From the NCBI RefSeq assembly GCF_000281045.1, contig NW_008246082.1, forward strand, positions 723,374 through 786,374: 63,001 nt of DNA, read 5' to 3'. The position numbers and the translations under genes were made by a program. The notes beneath the pieces are model-generated. The model was not told the DNA's origin and made no database searches. It saw only the letters and a list, made by a program, of their open reading frames with translations. This DNA comes from Saprolegnia diclina VS20. Taxonomy: Eukaryota. Below, one piece after another: positions 61,553 through 63,001 of this stretch; within the stretch, counting starts at the first letter, position 1, and each line of letters opens with the position of its first letter.

Positions 61553-63001
61553 AGTTAATCAGGTAAAAGTGTGACAGACGCTGCCGTCATGCAGGGCGGG
61601 AGGTGGTGACCTCTTCTTATCTCGCCGGAATCACTGTACCTACACACGACAAGACTGACTACCGTACTTAACAAAGTATACACTTTGGTTCGCGCCAAGA
61701 AAGTGATGAAGTTAACGTTAAGAGTGGTCCATTTTGCCCCATGAAAGTGATCTTTGTGAAAGGAAACGCAGTGATTTTTTTCAAAATGACTGACCAATAG
61801 AACGCTAACTTAGCTAGTCTACTCTGATCGGTCGACGGCTCTTGAGCAGTGAGGCGCAGATCACTGGGCGCAGATGCAGTTCTCCTGCAAAACCTCGAGT
61901 CCGTCGAGAAACTCCTCAGCGGTCTGGCACCGTGGATCCTGGCCGTACTTTCTGAACGCTGCGGCGATGCATTTGTTGGCCGCTTGGACAGAGTCGATCT
62001 CGCGAGTTGCCGTCTCGATCTATTCGAGGACGCTTTCGCGTAGACGACTTAAATACAAAACCAAGTGTTGTAAGCATGAGAGTAGTCTTTGGGCTCGAGA
62101 CAGCGGCGTCTATGGTGCCCGGATCCAAATTCGCGAGAATGTATGCGTATTTTTACGAACACATTGCAGCCAGAAGACGGTGTCGGTTTGGAGCACAAGC
62201 TTGCCGACAGCGTGCAATCAAAGCGCAAATGTACATCGGCAGAACATCGACCTCGTTGCCCAGTACTACTGTACGCGGTCCACGTCCTTCCGTATCGCTC
62301 TCGCCATTTGCATATCCTTTGTCGTCGTTCGAGACAAACAATACCATCAAGCGCATCCATTCAGTTATTGGCTTAGATTGGCGCCGTATACGACAAACGG
62401 GTGGTCCGAGAGCTCCAAAAGGCGCAGGAAGAACGTAACAATCGTGCGACGTGCGTGTCGGACCAAAGACATTCCTTGCGGCCTACGACGATCTCGACGT
62501 CAGCGTCAAAAGCGCCGACTCAAACGCCTCGAGTAGGCTCTGTAGAGCTGGAACGAGCTTGCGCACGCTCGCGAGGCAGAAGTGAGCAGTGACGGGCTCA
62601 AACCTCATTGGGTTCAGGCGCCTAGTTACGCTATAAGACACAAGGGATGGAAACGGCGTGTGGTACCTGGCGCTTAACGCGAACGAGCGCTGCATTGACG
62701 TCCCGAAGCATGAGGCCGTCGGCAGCATCGCGTTTACGTTGAAAACCTCGGGCGCGCGCGGCCAGTGATGATCAGAGCCAAGATAGAGCGCAGGTTGCCG
62801 AGCCGAGTACTGGCTCAACTCGGGCGAGCGCCGAAGTAGGGCGTCGAGTCACACGACCCGAAGCCTCGGAAAAAAGTGATGGCCCGCGCCGACCAGCGCC
62901 GTCAGATGAAGGAGCGTCCAGAGCTGCATGGACGATACGAGAGCCTTGGCGGTTGCGGCGCCCCTATCGCTTCTGGGCGAGGGCGAAGTCATCCTCGAGA
63001 A

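Noticed and set aside
61850..63001. ORFs near the window end
   Set aside because: Fragmentary, with stops and no identifiable family.

Overview
Eukaryotic, GC-rich draft scaffold with four N-gaps (3674-4271, 16293-16392, 32372-32471, 45507-45606). The very short (about 40-55 nt) GT-AG introns, a GPCR-PIPK gene and expanded ankyrin/kinase families point to an oomycete, probably Saprolegniales (inference). There are two islands of conserved genes. The first holds a TPR-Hsp70 fusion, GPCR-PIPK, a BAR-like protein, Mps1/TTK and a xylulokinase with lesions. The second holds CCDC96, an atypical E2F, an EF-hand/WD40 protein and a J-domain/CAP-Gly protein. They are separated and followed by transposon-rich DNA: a decayed Gypsy chromovirus, L1/Tx1-like LINE pieces, a foldback MITE, a Helentron-type element, a possible piggyBac remnant, a truncated DIM1 copy, ankyrin-kinase-zinc-ribbon paralogs, an RNI-like gene and an ankyrin gene. 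The best find is a complete 428-bp mini LTR retroelement (48332-48759). Its two identical 110-bp LTRs each carry a whole tRNA-like module with Pol III A/B boxes and encoded CCA. It also has a half-tRNA-iMet primer-binding site, a polypurine tract and a perfect 5-bp target-site duplication. Exon boundaries were read by eye and are approximate; no database searches were run.
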